IMG/VR virus record: IMGVR_UViG_3300031963_000004
Span: 124,001-188,000 of that record
DNA length: 64,000 nt
Strand: one strand, 5' to 3'
Numbering within the stretch: position 1 is the first letter of the stretch; each line of letters starts with the position of its first letter. Both the position numbers and the translations under genes were made by a program. The notes below the pieces were generated by a model that saw nothing but the letters and a program-made list of their open reading frames with translations, was not told where the DNA came from and made no database searches. Below, one piece after another: positions 54,103 through 64,000 of this stretch.

Positions 54103-56394
54103 ATGTCAATTAAAGCCCTTAACTCGGTTGCAGGTTTTTCGGTAGGGGAAAATCCAACAGAAGTTATTTTAGCGAATGGCGATATTACCACAGGTAATGC
54201 TTTATTGTCAGGCAATGTTGTAACAGGTTCTATATTCACAGATGACTATCGCTATGCTAATGGAGCTCCCGTCGATTTCGCACAGCCTGCAGGAAACACA
54301 TATCAGTTACAATATAATCTTAACGGTGACTTTGGAGCCACAGATTCACTTACTTTTAATCCAATATCGAATACATTAAACGTTGCTAATGCAATTATAG
54401 CCGGAAACATAACATCAATTGGTAATGTTTCAGCACAATACTTTTTTGGCAACGTTATAGGTAATATCGCAGGTAACTTAACAGTTCCTGGAATCAATAC
54501 CTCTGTTATTTTTAATACTACTGGAACAGCAGATGCTACTGATGCGTTTACATTTAATAAAAATTTAAATGTATTAGACGTAAGAGGAACCATTCAATCA
54601 CAAAATATAAGTGCAACACAGTCTATTGCTACAGAAAATATAATAGGCACATTACAAACTCCTAATCAGCCTAATATTATACAATTAGGTAATTTAGGTA
54701 ATTTAACTGTTAACACGTTTATAAACACTGATAGTATTACAGGTAATACTGCAAATTTTGCCAACGTTAATAGCAACAATATAACCAGTAATTCAATAAC
54801 TAGTAATACAATTAATTCTGCTAATTTAAATGTTAGTCAAAATATAAGTGGTTTAAATCAAGAGTTGACTGGTAATCTATCTGTTTTAGGTAATGTAGCT
54901 GCTAATAACTATTCTGGAAATAATTTAAACATAAGCAATAACATTGCTGCGAACACCGGATCTTTTACAGGTAATCTATCAGCGGGAGAAACTTCAGTTA
55001 CAGGAAATTTAACTACTACCGGTAACGTAACTGCTGATATCATAACTGCAAATCAAATTGTTTTAACAAGTAACTTATCAGTTGGTGCATCATTATCTGC
55101 AAGCGACTTATCAGTTTCGGGTAACTTACAGGTAGGTAATTTAAGTATTACCAGTACGATAAGTTCTAATTTAATACCTAATGTTAGTAACACCTATGTC
55201 ATAGGTAATCAAGAAAATCGTTGGAGTAATTTATGGTTATCTAATGACGGTGTATATTTAGGTGATCTGCCTATCAAAAACGATAGCGATACCTTAGTTA
55301 CTAATAATATCAGATCAAATGGTAACGTAACAACAACTAATTTAAATGTCACTGGCGCAACAACTGCTACAGGTGATGTTAATATTACAGGAAATCTTAC
55401 TGTTAACGGTAATACAAAATATGTGAATGTAGACACTGTTGCTATTAAAGATCCTATAATACCAATTGGTGGTAGTACGAATGGTGCTAACGCAGAAGGG
55501 TATGACGGTAAAGATAGAGGTTTACTATTACAAAACTACACATCTGACGGAACAGCCCCAGAAAATCAGTTCTTTGGTTGGAAAACTCAGGATCAAGAAT
55601 TTATAGCAGTTTCAAATGTAGGAAGCTCACTAAACGAACTTATCATACCTAATCATTTAGGTAACATTAGAGCAAACGTTTTCAAAGGTAATATTGAGGG
55701 CAGAGTTTTAACTGGTACTCAACCTAACATTACAAGTTTAGGTAACTTGACCGGACTAAATGTTAATGGTAATTTAAATGTAACTGGTGTAGCAAATACT
55801 ACAGCATTAAGAATAGCAAATACATTATATCCAACGACACCTGGCACAGATGGTCAGGTATTAACAACAAATGGTGCTGGTTCAATATATTACACAACAC
55901 CGATTACAGACGAATTATTTAACGGTACCAGTAACGTAAAAGTCAACGAAAACAGTAATGTAACCATAAGTGTTAATGGAAACGCTAATGTACTTACAGT
56001 CACATCAAACACTGCGGAAGTTAATGGCACATTATTAGCAAATACAATATCAGGTTCTGAGTTTGTATTAGGTATTACTAAAGTTGGACACGCAACTGTT
56101 ACAACTTCATCAACTGCGCTTAATCAAGTAATCGCTAGTATACCAATAGCTGATATCAGAGGGGCAGAATTTTTCATAAAAGGTGAAGAAAATTCGGGTG
56201 CTAAATATAGCGTTGAGTCTATATCTGCCGTACACAATGGTACTTCTGTAGAATTTTCAAAATACGGAGCTGTTAATTTAGGTGGGGCAACAGGTGCATT
56301 AAGTGTTAGATTAGCAGCAGGATTTTTACAATTAATAGTTACACCAAGCAGTAGTAACTCTACTAATTGGACTACACAATATAGGACAATTTAA
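54103..56394 (+). CDS. Asn-rich virion fibre protein
   Basis: LNSVAGFSVG N-terminus, GNL/GNV beta-helix-like repeats, KDPII module and QPNITSLG. Confidence 0.65.
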   Translation: MSIKALNSVAGFSVGENPTEVILANGDITTGNALLSGNVVTGSIFTDDYRYANGAPVDFAQPAGNTYQLQYNLNGDFGATDSLTFNPISNTLNVANAIIAGNITSIGNVSAQYFFGNVIGNIAGNLTVPGINTSVIFNTTGTADATDAFTFNKNLNVLDVRGTIQSQNISATQSIATENIIGTLQTPNQPNIIQLGNLGNLTVNTFINTDSITGNTANFANVNSNNITSNSITSNTINSANLNVSQNISGLNQELTGNLSVLGNVAANNYSGNNLNISNNIAANTGSFTGNLSAGETSVTGNLTTTGNVTADIITANQIVLTSNLSVGASLSASDLSVSGNLQVGNLSITSTISSNLIPNVSNTYVIGNQENRWSNLWLSNDGVYLGDLPIKNDSDTLVTNNIRSNGNVTTTNLNVTGATTATGDVNITGNLTVNGNTKYVNVDTVAIKDPIIPIGGSTNGANAEGYDGKDRGLLLQNYTSDGTAPENQFFGWKTQDQEFIAVSNVGSSLNELIIPNHLGNIRANVFKGNIEGRVLTGTQPNITSLGNLTGLNVNGNLNVTGVANTTALRIANTLYPTTPGTDGQVLTTNGAGSIYYTTPITDELFNGTSNVKVNENSNVTISVNGNANVLTVTSNTAEVNGTLLANTISGSEFVLGITKVGHATVTTSSTALNQVIASIPIADIRGAEFFIKGEENSGAKYSVESISAVHNGTSVEFSKYGAVNLGGATGALSVRLAAGFLQLIVTPSSSNSTNWTTQYRTI

Positions 56395-56400
56395 AATTAA

Positions 56401-59400
56401 ATGGCATTAACTAAATTTAATTCAGAAGCAGGTTTTTCAGTAGGAGCATATCCTGCTATAGACGTTATTGATCGTAATGCTAATATTACGGCTAACAGCC
56501 TGCAGGCTACTGGTGCTGTTGATTTAGGTATAATCGGCAACTTAACTATTACTGGTGGTAACGCAGGTCAATATCTGCAAACTGATGGATCAGGAACATT
56601 AGTTTTTGCTAATGTTGATTTACCTTATGCAAGAGGTCCAAATCTTGCAGTACAATATAACAACACTTCTGCATTCAGCGGTGACAATAACTTTACATAC
56701 GATCCTACAACAGGTACAGTAAACGCTATCGCATTTGCGGGAGATGGTAGTAAACTTTCAGGTATAACAGGAGCAAACGTTGTTGGTGTAGTTGCAAATG
56801 CAAACTACGCAGCATTTGCAAACGTTACACTAAACTCATTAGCAGCTAACACAACTCAATTCGTTATTGGTAACAGTCAACCAAATATTACCAACGTTGG
56901 TAATTTAGAGCAGCTTAATGTTACAGGTAATCTTTTAGCAGAGGCTTTGGTAGCGAATTCATCATTACTAGTTCAAGGCGATGCAACAATTAACGGTAAT
57001 CTAGTTGTTCAAGGTACCGCAATATATTCAAACGTACAAACATTAAATGTTAAAGATCCTATACTAGAATTAGGTGGTGATCCATTTGGTGGCGCATTAG
57101 TAGCAAATGATTATATCAACCGCGGTATATTAGTTCATTACTATGATGGTATCCCCCTTAAAGGTTTTATGGGTTGGGACAGTAATGCTAATGGGTATAC
57201 TTTTGCCAGTAATATATCGCTAACTAATAATGAAGTAATCATTCATAATTTAGGTAACATTACAGCCCAAAACTTTATAGGTAACGGTGTAGGTATTACT
57301 GAGATAGAAGGCGGTAACGTTACAGGAATCGTAGCGAATGCTAACTTTGCTCAATACGGAAATTACGCAAGCTTTGCAGGAAATGTAACTGCATCAAATC
57401 AACCAAATATTACTACAGTTGGTAGTTTAGGTAATCTAACAGTTTTAGGTACAAGTAATTTAGGAAACGCTGCTGTTGCTAATTTTTTAGTAGGAGACGG
57501 CGGTTATCTATCAAATATTAAAGGACCTAATGTTGTAGGCACAGTTGCAAATGCTAACTATGCTCTTTATACAAACTACGCTAATACAGCAGAAACAGTA
57601 ACAATAGGGGCACAGCCAAATATTACAAGTGTTGGCACATTAACAGGATTAAATGTTGATGGTATAATAACTGGTGATGAAGCAACCTTTGTTGATGACG
57701 TAACAGCAGCATATTTTATAGGTGATGGTTATCAACTATCAAACATCACAGGTGCTAATGTTACTGGCACGGTAGCAAATGCATCAAATGCTAATTCATC
57801 TCATTACGCTACACATGTATTAGGTGCAGAACAACCAAATATTACAAGCGTTGGCACATTAACAAGTTTAGCAGTCACAGGTAATATTTCAGGTAATGTA
57901 ATTACTGGTAATTTATTTGTAGGTAACGGATCACACTTATCTAATATAACAGGCGCGAACGTAAGCGAAGTTCCAAATGCTAACTTTGCTACCTATTCAG
58001 GTCAGGCTAACAACGCAAACTTTGCAGGAAATGTCACAGTAGCAGATCAACCTAATATTACAAGTTTAGGTACATTAGTAAGATTAGACATAACAGGTAA
58101 CCTAACAGCAGGTAATGCTAATTTAGGTAACATGGTTAAGGCTAACTTTATAGACGCAAATGGTTATTTCTTAACATATACAGCAGGGCCAAATGTTGTC
58201 GGTTTAGTTGCCAACGCTAATCACTCATGGCATTCAAATGCTGCTAACTTTGCTAATTTAGCCAGTTTTGCAAATACAGTTGTATTCGCTAATCAACCTA
58301 ATATTACAAGTGTTGGTACACTAACTAATCTATCCGTATCCGGTAATATTATATCCGGTAATGCTAGCCTAGGTAATTTTGTACAAGCTAATTTTTTCTC
58401 AGGCAATGGTTATTATCTAACAGATTTACAGGCAGCTAATATAGTAGGTACTGTAGCAAACGCCAACTACGCAAATTTTGCAGGCAATGCTACACAAGCA
58501 AATCACGCTAATACAGCAAATACAGTTACCAATGCAGCACAACCTAATATTACAAGTGTTGGCACATTAACTTCACTAACAGTATCAGGGAATGTTTCAG
58601 CACAAAATGCTAATTTAGGTAATATTGCTGTAGCAAACTTCTTTGTTGGTGACGGAAGTAATCTATCTTTAATAAATGGTGCGAACGTAAGTGAAGTACC
58701 TAACGCTAATTTTGCAAGCTATTCTGAGCAAGCTAATAATGCTAATTATGCTACATCAGCGGTAACTGCGGGTACTGTAACAACAGCAGCACAGCCAAAT
58801 ATTACATCGGTCGGCACATTAACTGATTTAACCGTAACTGGTAATATAACAACAGGTAATCTAGTAAGCTTGCTTGATGTTACAGCAGTAAACTATTTTG
58901 GTAATGCGTATAATTTATTTGATATAAATGGTGCAAATGTAAGTGAAGTTCCGAATGCTAACTTTGCTACTTACTCAGGTCAAGCAGACAATGCAAACAC
59001 TGCGGTTAAAGTTACATCAAGCAGTCAACCTAATATTACTAGCGTAGGTTCACTTGTTGACCTAGATGTTATTGGAAACATTTCTGTAGGTAATATTAAT
59101 GATGCAGAAACAATAACAGCAACATTCTTTGTCGGTAGTGGCGCAAGTTTAAGTGATATCAACGGAGCAAACGTAAGCGAAGTAGCAAATGCAAATTACG
59201 CTACGTATTCAGGTCAAGCAGATAACGCAAATACTGCCGGAACAATAACAGCAAGTAGTCAACCTAATATTACCAGTGTCGGCACGTTAACTAGCTTATC
59301 GGTAACAGGTAATGTTAGTGCAGGAAATGTATTAGGTGGTAACGCAGTAAGTGCTAATTATTTTGTCGGTAACGGAGCATTTTTAACAGGTGTTATTACA

Positions 59401-61581
59401 GGAATTGATGATACTATTGCAAATGGTAATAGTAACATAACAATATTTGAAACAAGCGTAGGACTTTCAGCTAACGGCGTAGCGAATGTAATGCTCATCG
59501 GTAAAGATACCGTTGACGTAATTGGATCAATAACAGCCACTGGTGATATAACAGTAGACAATGTTATTTCAAATCTAATCACAGGTACATTAACAACTTC
59601 TGCGCAACCAAACATTACTACTGTAGGTACACTAGATGAATTAACTGTAGACGGTAATGTAACAGCAAATTACTTTATAGGTAATGTAGTTGGTAATATA
59701 CAAGGTACATTACAAGCACCTGGTGGCAATACACAAATACCATTTAATCAAAATGGTAATTTAGGTGCGACAGATAAACTTCAGTTCAATTACGCTACAA
59801 ACACATTATCTGTAATAGGAAACATATCCACATCTAATAATCTTACTAGAGATAGCAAGGTCGTTACTACATTCGTATCACAACCAACTGCCCCTACTAA
59901 TGCTAAAATGGGTGATCAGTGGTATGACACTGATAACGATGTCATTTACCAGTACATATATAATGGCACAACATTTGCATGGATTGATATTAGCTCTGGC
60001 TTCACAAGTTCAGATGCGAATGCTATCCCACAAACATTAGCCTTAAGAGATGATGAAGCTAATCTAAAAGCTAATGGTTTTGTTGGTAACACAATACAAG
60101 TAACTGATGCAGTTGTTACTGGAAACTTGACAGTAAGCGGCAACATAACCTATGTAAGCACAACTAATATTGATGTAAAAGATCCTATTATAGAATTAGG
60201 CGGCGGACCTAATGGCGCAGCATTAACTCAAAATGACGGTTACGATAGAGGTAGCCTACTACATTTATATCAGGGCAGCAATACAGTTGACGCATTTATG
60301 GGTTGGGACAACTCAAATGCAGAATTTACACTAGCGAGTAACGTAACATTAGATAACAATGTAGTAACTATAAATCAGTTAGGCAATATCAGAGCGGCCT
60401 ACTTTATTGGTGATGGTAGTCAATTAGCAAACATTCCTGCATCAGCGGTTCAAGGTGGAGTTGCTAGCGTAGATGCTAATATTACTTCAATTGTACCTGG
60501 TTCAGCTATTGGAGTATCTATGGATTATTCTGATCCATTATTTCCAGCAGGTAAGTTTATGATATATCAGTTAGGACCAGTTAGTTTGACAGTTACAAAT
60601 AATTGGCAATCTAGTAGTTTGTCAAGTAAAAATGCATATGCTAATTTCTTAGCAAGCTCAATTAATACATCAAATGTTAGAATGACATTCTCATTGGCGA
60701 ACGCGGTGTTTAATGTACAAAGCACCGATACAATTACGATCGGGGGTAGTGTGGTAACAGGAGCTAATTTATTAGCAATAGGAATAACAGGAAATAGCGG
60801 TACCTATACTATTCCTAGCGACTATTTCGCAGCAAGCGTACAAACAAATGCTACTAGTACAGTCAGTGCAAACTTAACTACATCTAGAGGTGTTTATACA
60901 GGAAGTGGCACTACACTTACTACAGCACAACCTGTGGCATACAATGTTAACAGTATAACTGGTAGCTTCCCAGTAAGTTCTGTTCCTTATTGGAACTTGA
61001 ATCAATCATTCAATTGGAGCGTAAGCGTTACAGGAACGACAGCTAGCGGTAATTTAACATACAGCGGTGGCGTAGTAACTACAACTTCACTTTCTTCTAC
61101 TGGTCAAACAAGTGGAACAAGTGGAAGTATTAACAGTACTAGCAGCTATACTATTACAACAAATGATTACACAGGAGCAGGCTTGAACGGGTATGGAACT
61201 AGAACGATCCCTAATACAGTTAATGGTACAGTAAACGCAGCTACCAAATACTATCCGTTGTTCTGGAAAATTACAGCGAATAGTACATTGCCTACATTTA
61301 CTGTAACTGATAGTAGAAATAATAATAATTTTGCAATCAACCAAAGCGCAAATACAAGTACGACAGTTTCAGATTATTTATGGATGGCAGTACCTAATTC
61401 GGGAAATGCAGCCACATTACAAAGTAGAACATTTAAACACATATTTGGAGGATTCGATATTATAGATACGCCTACTGTTACAGGCACACAAACAATTTCT
61501 GCTAACGGAGAAAGCTATAATTATTCAATTTATGGTTTCTCAGGATTCAGCCAAACATCATCTATAATAGTGACATCATAA
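56401..61581 (+). CDS. Large Asn-rich repeat fibre protein (11 QPNIT[S/T/N]xG motifs)
   Basis: Mostly ~70-85-aa repeats QPNITSVGTL...GN...ANFFVGDGS.LS.I.GANV; duplicated VKDPI.ELGG...FMGWD module. Confidence 0.75.
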   Translation: MALTKFNSEAGFSVGAYPAIDVIDRNANITANSLQATGAVDLGIIGNLTITGGNAGQYLQTDGSGTLVFANVDLPYARGPNLAVQYNNTSAFSGDNNFTYDPTTGTVNAIAFAGDGSKLSGITGANVVGVVANANYAAFANVTLNSLAANTTQFVIGNSQPNITNVGNLEQLNVTGNLLAEALVANSSLLVQGDATINGNLVVQGTAIYSNVQTLNVKDPILELGGDPFGGALVANDYINRGILVHYYDGIPLKGFMGWDSNANGYTFASNISLTNNEVIIHNLGNITAQNFIGNGVGITEIEGGNVTGIVANANFAQYGNYASFAGNVTASNQPNITTVGSLGNLTVLGTSNLGNAAVANFLVGDGGYLSNIKGPNVVGTVANANYALYTNYANTAETVTIGAQPNITSVGTLTGLNVDGIITGDEATFVDDVTAAYFIGDGYQLSNITGANVTGTVANASNANSSHYATHVLGAEQPNITSVGTLTSLAVTGNISGNVITGNLFVGNGSHLSNITGANVSEVPNANFATYSGQANNANFAGNVTVADQPNITSLGTLVRLDITGNLTAGNANLGNMVKANFIDANGYFLTYTAGPNVVGLVANANHSWHSNAANFANLASFANTVVFANQPNITSVGTLTNLSVSGNIISGNASLGNFVQANFFSGNGYYLTDLQAANIVGTVANANYANFAGNATQANHANTANTVTNAAQPNITSVGTLTSLTVSGNVSAQNANLGNIAVANFFVGDGSNLSLINGANVSEVPNANFASYSEQANNANYATSAVTAGTVTTAAQPNITSVGTLTDLTVTGNITTGNLVSLLDVTAVNYFGNAYNLFDINGANVSEVPNANFATYSGQADNANTAVKVTSSSQPNITSVGSLVDLDVIGNISVGNINDAETITATFFVGSGASLSDINGANVSEVANANYATYSGQADNANTAGTITASSQPNITSVGTLTSLSVTGNVSAGNVLGGNAVSANYFVGNGAFLTGVITGIDDTIANGNSNITIFETSVGLSANGVANVMLIGKDTVDVIGSITATGDITVDNVISNLITGTLTTSAQPNITTVGTLDELTVDGNVTANYFIGNVVGNIQGTLQAPGGNTQIPFNQNGNLGATDKLQFNYATNTLSVIGNISTSNNLTRDSKVVTTFVSQPTAPTNAKMGDQWYDTDNDVIYQYIYNGTTFAWIDISSGFTSSDANAIPQTLALRDDEANLKANGFVGNTIQVTDAVVTGNLTVSGNITYVSTTNIDVKDPIIELGGGPNGAALTQNDGYDRGSLLHLYQGSNTVDAFMGWDNSNAEFTLASNVTLDNNVVTINQLGNIRAAYFIGDGSQLANIPASAVQGGVASVDANITSIVPGSAIGVSMDYSDPLFPAGKFMIYQLGPVSLTVTNNWQSSSLSSKNAYANFLASSINTSNVRMTFSLANAVFNVQSTDTITIGGSVVTGANLLAIGITGNSGTYTIPSDYFAASVQTNATSTVSANLTTSRGVYTGSGTTLTTAQPVAYNVNSITGSFPVSSVPYWNLNQSFNWSVSVTGTTASGNLTYSGGVVTTTSLSSTGQTSGTSGSINSTSSYTITTNDYTGAGLNGYGTRTIPNTVNGTVNAATKYYPLFWKITANSTLPTFTVTDSRNNNNFAINQSANTSTTVSDYLWMAVPNSGNAATLQSRTFKHIFGGFDIIDTPTVTGTQTISANGESYNYSIYGFSGFSQTSSIIVTS

Positions 61582-61582
61582 A

Positions 61583-62644
61583 ATGGCAGCGGCAACACTT
61601 ACCTTCCCCTCAGCAACGCTACTTAAAAATGTTGTAGATCCAGTAGATTTACAGGACGCTGCTACCAAAAATTATGTTAATCAAGCACTTGGTGCTGGTG
61701 GTGCAAGCATAGGTGCTGCGGGCAGTAATACACAAATACAATTCAATAATGCAGGTACATTAGGAGCAAGTGCTAACCTAACATTTGATGGTAATTTACT
61801 AACAATTACAGGTAATATAAGTTCACTAAATGCTAATTTAGGAAACTTAACTATCAGTAATTACTTTAGAGGCGTATTCGATGCTCAATCATCAAGTCAG
61901 CCCAACATTACCAGTTTAGGAACATTAACTGGATTAAATGTTGCAGGTAATGTTGATGTTGGAAACTTAAATGTTACTGGTTCTATTTCAGGTAACGTCA
62001 GTGGATCCTTTACTGGTACAGTCAGTGCTCCGGGTGCAAATACTCAAATCGTATTTAATGATGATGGCACATCCAATGCTACGTCAGGACTTACTTTTGA
62101 TAAATCTACGAATTTAATTACAGTAGCAGGAAATGCTAATGTTCAGGGTGGACTAGTTACTATTGGCGGCGCAACTATTGCAGCTAATGTTTCTACAGGT
62201 AACGCAGCTATATTCCCAATAGCTATTTCTAATTTAACAGTAGGTGCTTTAGCAGGTAATATTACTATTGGATCAACCGGTGGCACTGTAACAGCAAGAG
62301 GCACACTTGTAGCTAATACTATTGTTGGTTCTAATGTAATAAGTAATAGTTCAAACATAGCAGTTACAACAGACACCGTAGTAGACCAGTTCAATCCAGC
62401 ACTTTACAGAACCGCTAAATACTTAATCAAAGCTGGAAATGATGATGGATTCCAGTCAATTGAAGTGCTTTTGGTACACGACAATACAGACAGCTATATC
62501 ACCATATATGGTGCAGTAAGTTCTACTGAATTTGACATTGTAGACTTGTCAAGTAATATTTCAGCAGGAAACGTAAAACTGTATGCGACCGGAAGCAACG
62601 CTAACACTGTGGTAAACATACTAAGCACATACGTTAAAGATTAA
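61583..62644 (+). CDS. Virion fibre protein
   Basis: DP...QDAATKNYV, G.NTQIQFN, QPNITSLG and the C-terminal YRTAKYLI...EVLLVHD domain. Confidence 0.65.
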   Translation: MAAATLTFPSATLLKNVVDPVDLQDAATKNYVNQALGAGGASIGAAGSNTQIQFNNAGTLGASANLTFDGNLLTITGNISSLNANLGNLTISNYFRGVFDAQSSSQPNITSLGTLTGLNVAGNVDVGNLNVTGSISGNVSGSFTGTVSAPGANTQIVFNDDGTSNATSGLTFDKSTNLITVAGNANVQGGLVTIGGATIAANVSTGNAAIFPIAISNLTVGALAGNITIGSTGGTVTARGTLVANTIVGSNVISNSSNIAVTTDTVVDQFNPALYRTAKYLIKAGNDDGFQSIEVLLVHDNTDSYITIYGAVSSTEFDIVDLSSNISAGNVKLYATGSNANTVVNILSTYVKD

Positions 62645-62646
62645 CA

Positions 62647-63459
62647 ATGACAACTAAGAATTTTAATGTAAAAAAGGGAATAACTACCGGTAACGTTAGG
62701 TTAGACGCCAACACTGGTAACATTGTAGGATCAAACGTAAATGCATCAAGTTTAGTTACAACATTAGACCTAGAAGTAACAGGGAATCTTAGATCAAATC
62801 TACGCCCAAACGCTAATGGTGTATTATCTTTGGGCAACTCTAGTGCAAGATATAAAGACCTGTATCTTTCAAACGTAGTTTATATAAACGATCAAAGTAT
62901 TAGTGCAAATGCCACTACAACGACAATATCTGGTAACCTACAATTAACAGATGCAAATATTGGAAATGTCGCAGTAGCAAATGCTAACATAGCATATCTT
63001 GAAACCGCAAATATTGTCGGAAATATTGCAAGCTTTAGCAACGTCACAATAGTAACTTTTGCTGCGAATCAAGCTAATGTTAATATATTAGCAGCTAACG
63101 TGATTACCGCAAATACAGGAAATATCACAAATCTGAATGTTTCTAATACAATTGTAGCAAACAAAATTGAAGTTGATTTGGTTGAGGGCAATATATTCCG
63201 CGCAAATTCTGCGAATATAAAGACCATAATTAGTGATCAAATCACGGTAAATAATCAGATTATCATAAATAGTACTACACAAGCTACCTCAACGACCACG
63301 GGAAGTTTCGTAACGGCGGGTGGTGCAGCAATTGGTAAAGATTTATATGTTGGTGGTTCCATACATTTAGCTAACGGAAACGGTGGCACAACAAGTAAGG
63401 GAATCATCAATTATAACGATGGAGTCAATAGCATTGACTTTGGATTTAACAACACTTAA
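62647..63459 (+). CDS. Asn-rich virion fibre protein
   Basis: KNFNVKKG N-terminus, LG.SSARYKDLY and ATSTTTGS....GG..IGKDLYVGG motif. Confidence 0.6.
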   Translation: MTTKNFNVKKGITTGNVRLDANTGNIVGSNVNASSLVTTLDLEVTGNLRSNLRPNANGVLSLGNSSARYKDLYLSNVVYINDQSISANATTTTISGNLQLTDANIGNVAVANANIAYLETANIVGNIASFSNVTIVTFAANQANVNILAANVITANTGNITNLNVSNTIVANKIEVDLVEGNIFRANSANIKTIISDQITVNNQIIINSTTQATSTTTGSFVTAGGAAIGKDLYVGGSIHLANGNGGTTSKGIINYNDGVNSIDFGFNNT

Positions 63460-63472
63460 TGGATAGACAAAT

Positions 63473-64000
63473 ATGCCTACAGTAGGAGCAAGACTAAAAA
63501 ATGACGGAACTCTGCTTACAGCAGGGGAGTTTGAGGAAAATGGCATCAGCGGTGTTTCCCAAAGAGCATCTGGTCACGGAATAACCGTTGCAAATGTTTT
63601 TGCAGATGAGTTTGACGAAATTACACTTGGTGAAGGTGAACCTTCCGGTGGTTCAATAAAGCTCAATGGAACAACACAAAAAATAGACATTGCAGGTTCT
63701 GGAGATCTTCAGTTCGGCACCGGAGACTTTTGTGTAGAAGGTTGGTTCTATCTAAGATCAACTGGATATACAAGACTTTGGTGTTTTCCTGACGGAGACA
63801 ATGTTGAAGTAAACGGGACTAATGTATACTATTGGAACGGCGGCGGTAGTGTTGTAGCAAGTGGCAACAACACTGTACAACCATTTTCATGGTTCCACAT
63901 TGCATTAGTTAAAAGTAGCGGAACCGTTACAGTTTACGTAAATGGTGTTTCAAAAATTACAGACAACAGCCCATTTAATTCACAGACATCACGTGCATTG
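63473..64000 (+). CDS. Virion protein with LamG/ConA-like lectin domain (partial, runs off right edge; not in ORF track)
   Basis: MPTVGARLKNDGTL...FDE...FGTGDFCVEGWFY...WFHIALVKSSGTVTVYVNGV. Confidence 0.75.
   Translation, partial: MPTVGARLKNDGTLLTAGEFEENGISGVSQRASGHGITVANVFADEFDEITLGEGEPSGGSIKLNGTTQKIDIAGSGDLQFGTGDFCVEGWFYLRSTGYTRLWCFPDGDNVEVNGTNVYYWNGGGSVVASGNNTVQPFSWFHIALVKSSGTVTVYVNGVSKITDNSPFNSQTSRAL

Noticed and set aside
140-63282. Many short ORFs antisense to or nested in long genes (e.g. 140..385, 4330..4548, 25188..25706, 49492..49839, 51619..52029)
   Set aside because: Shadow ORFs caused by codon bias of the real genes; they lack RBS/promoter support and recognisable motifs.
1-64000. 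Alternative genetic code (stop codon reassignment)
   Set aside because: Conserved genes, including a 5246-codon ORF, are intact in the standard code and coding density is high.
53410-64000. Diversity-generating retroelement targeting the fibre genes
   Set aside because: No reverse transcriptase and no near-identical TR/VR pair differing at adenines; the repeats are diverged protein-level repeats.

Overview
The window is a 64-kb, AT-rich, gene-dense piece of a large T4-like (jumbo) myophage genome covering most of the virion morphogenesis region. The left part (1-34.9 kb, minus strand) holds the baseplate/tail operon: gp48/54-like, gp53, gp27-like hub, gp5-like spike, gp25, gp6, a 5246-aa gp7-like wedge protein and two tail fibres. 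It continues into three glycosyltransferase-like genes and a Twitch/SPASM radical SAM enzyme. The middle carries gp55 late sigma factor, gp47/gp46 (Mre11/Rad50-like), a free-standing HNH endonuclease, a HAD nucleotidase, a Holliday junction resolvase, a ~460-nt highly structured non-coding element, and a gp26/gp51-like pair. The right part (plus strand) has two paralogous tape-measure-like proteins, portal, prohead core, protease, scaffold, major capsid and a series of Asn-rich repeat fibre proteins. The most notable findings are: (1) the unannotated structured element at 40526-40983, probably a + strand RNA ending in G.A-rich/GCGAAGC hairpins and possibly linked to a replication origin; (2) a classic -1 frameshift signal (U UUU UUC plus hairpin) fusing the gp26-like and gp51-like ORFs, as in lambda G/GT tail chaperones; (3) two short peptide motifs repeated within and shared between two otherwise dissimilar baseplate proteins; and (4) a possible phage-encoded virion modification system, with GTs and a radical SAM enzyme as writers and Asn-rich fibres, the Tyr/Gly repeats and a Cys-rich gp5 segment as candidate substrates. 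All functional calls come from motif recognition and gene order; no database searches were run.
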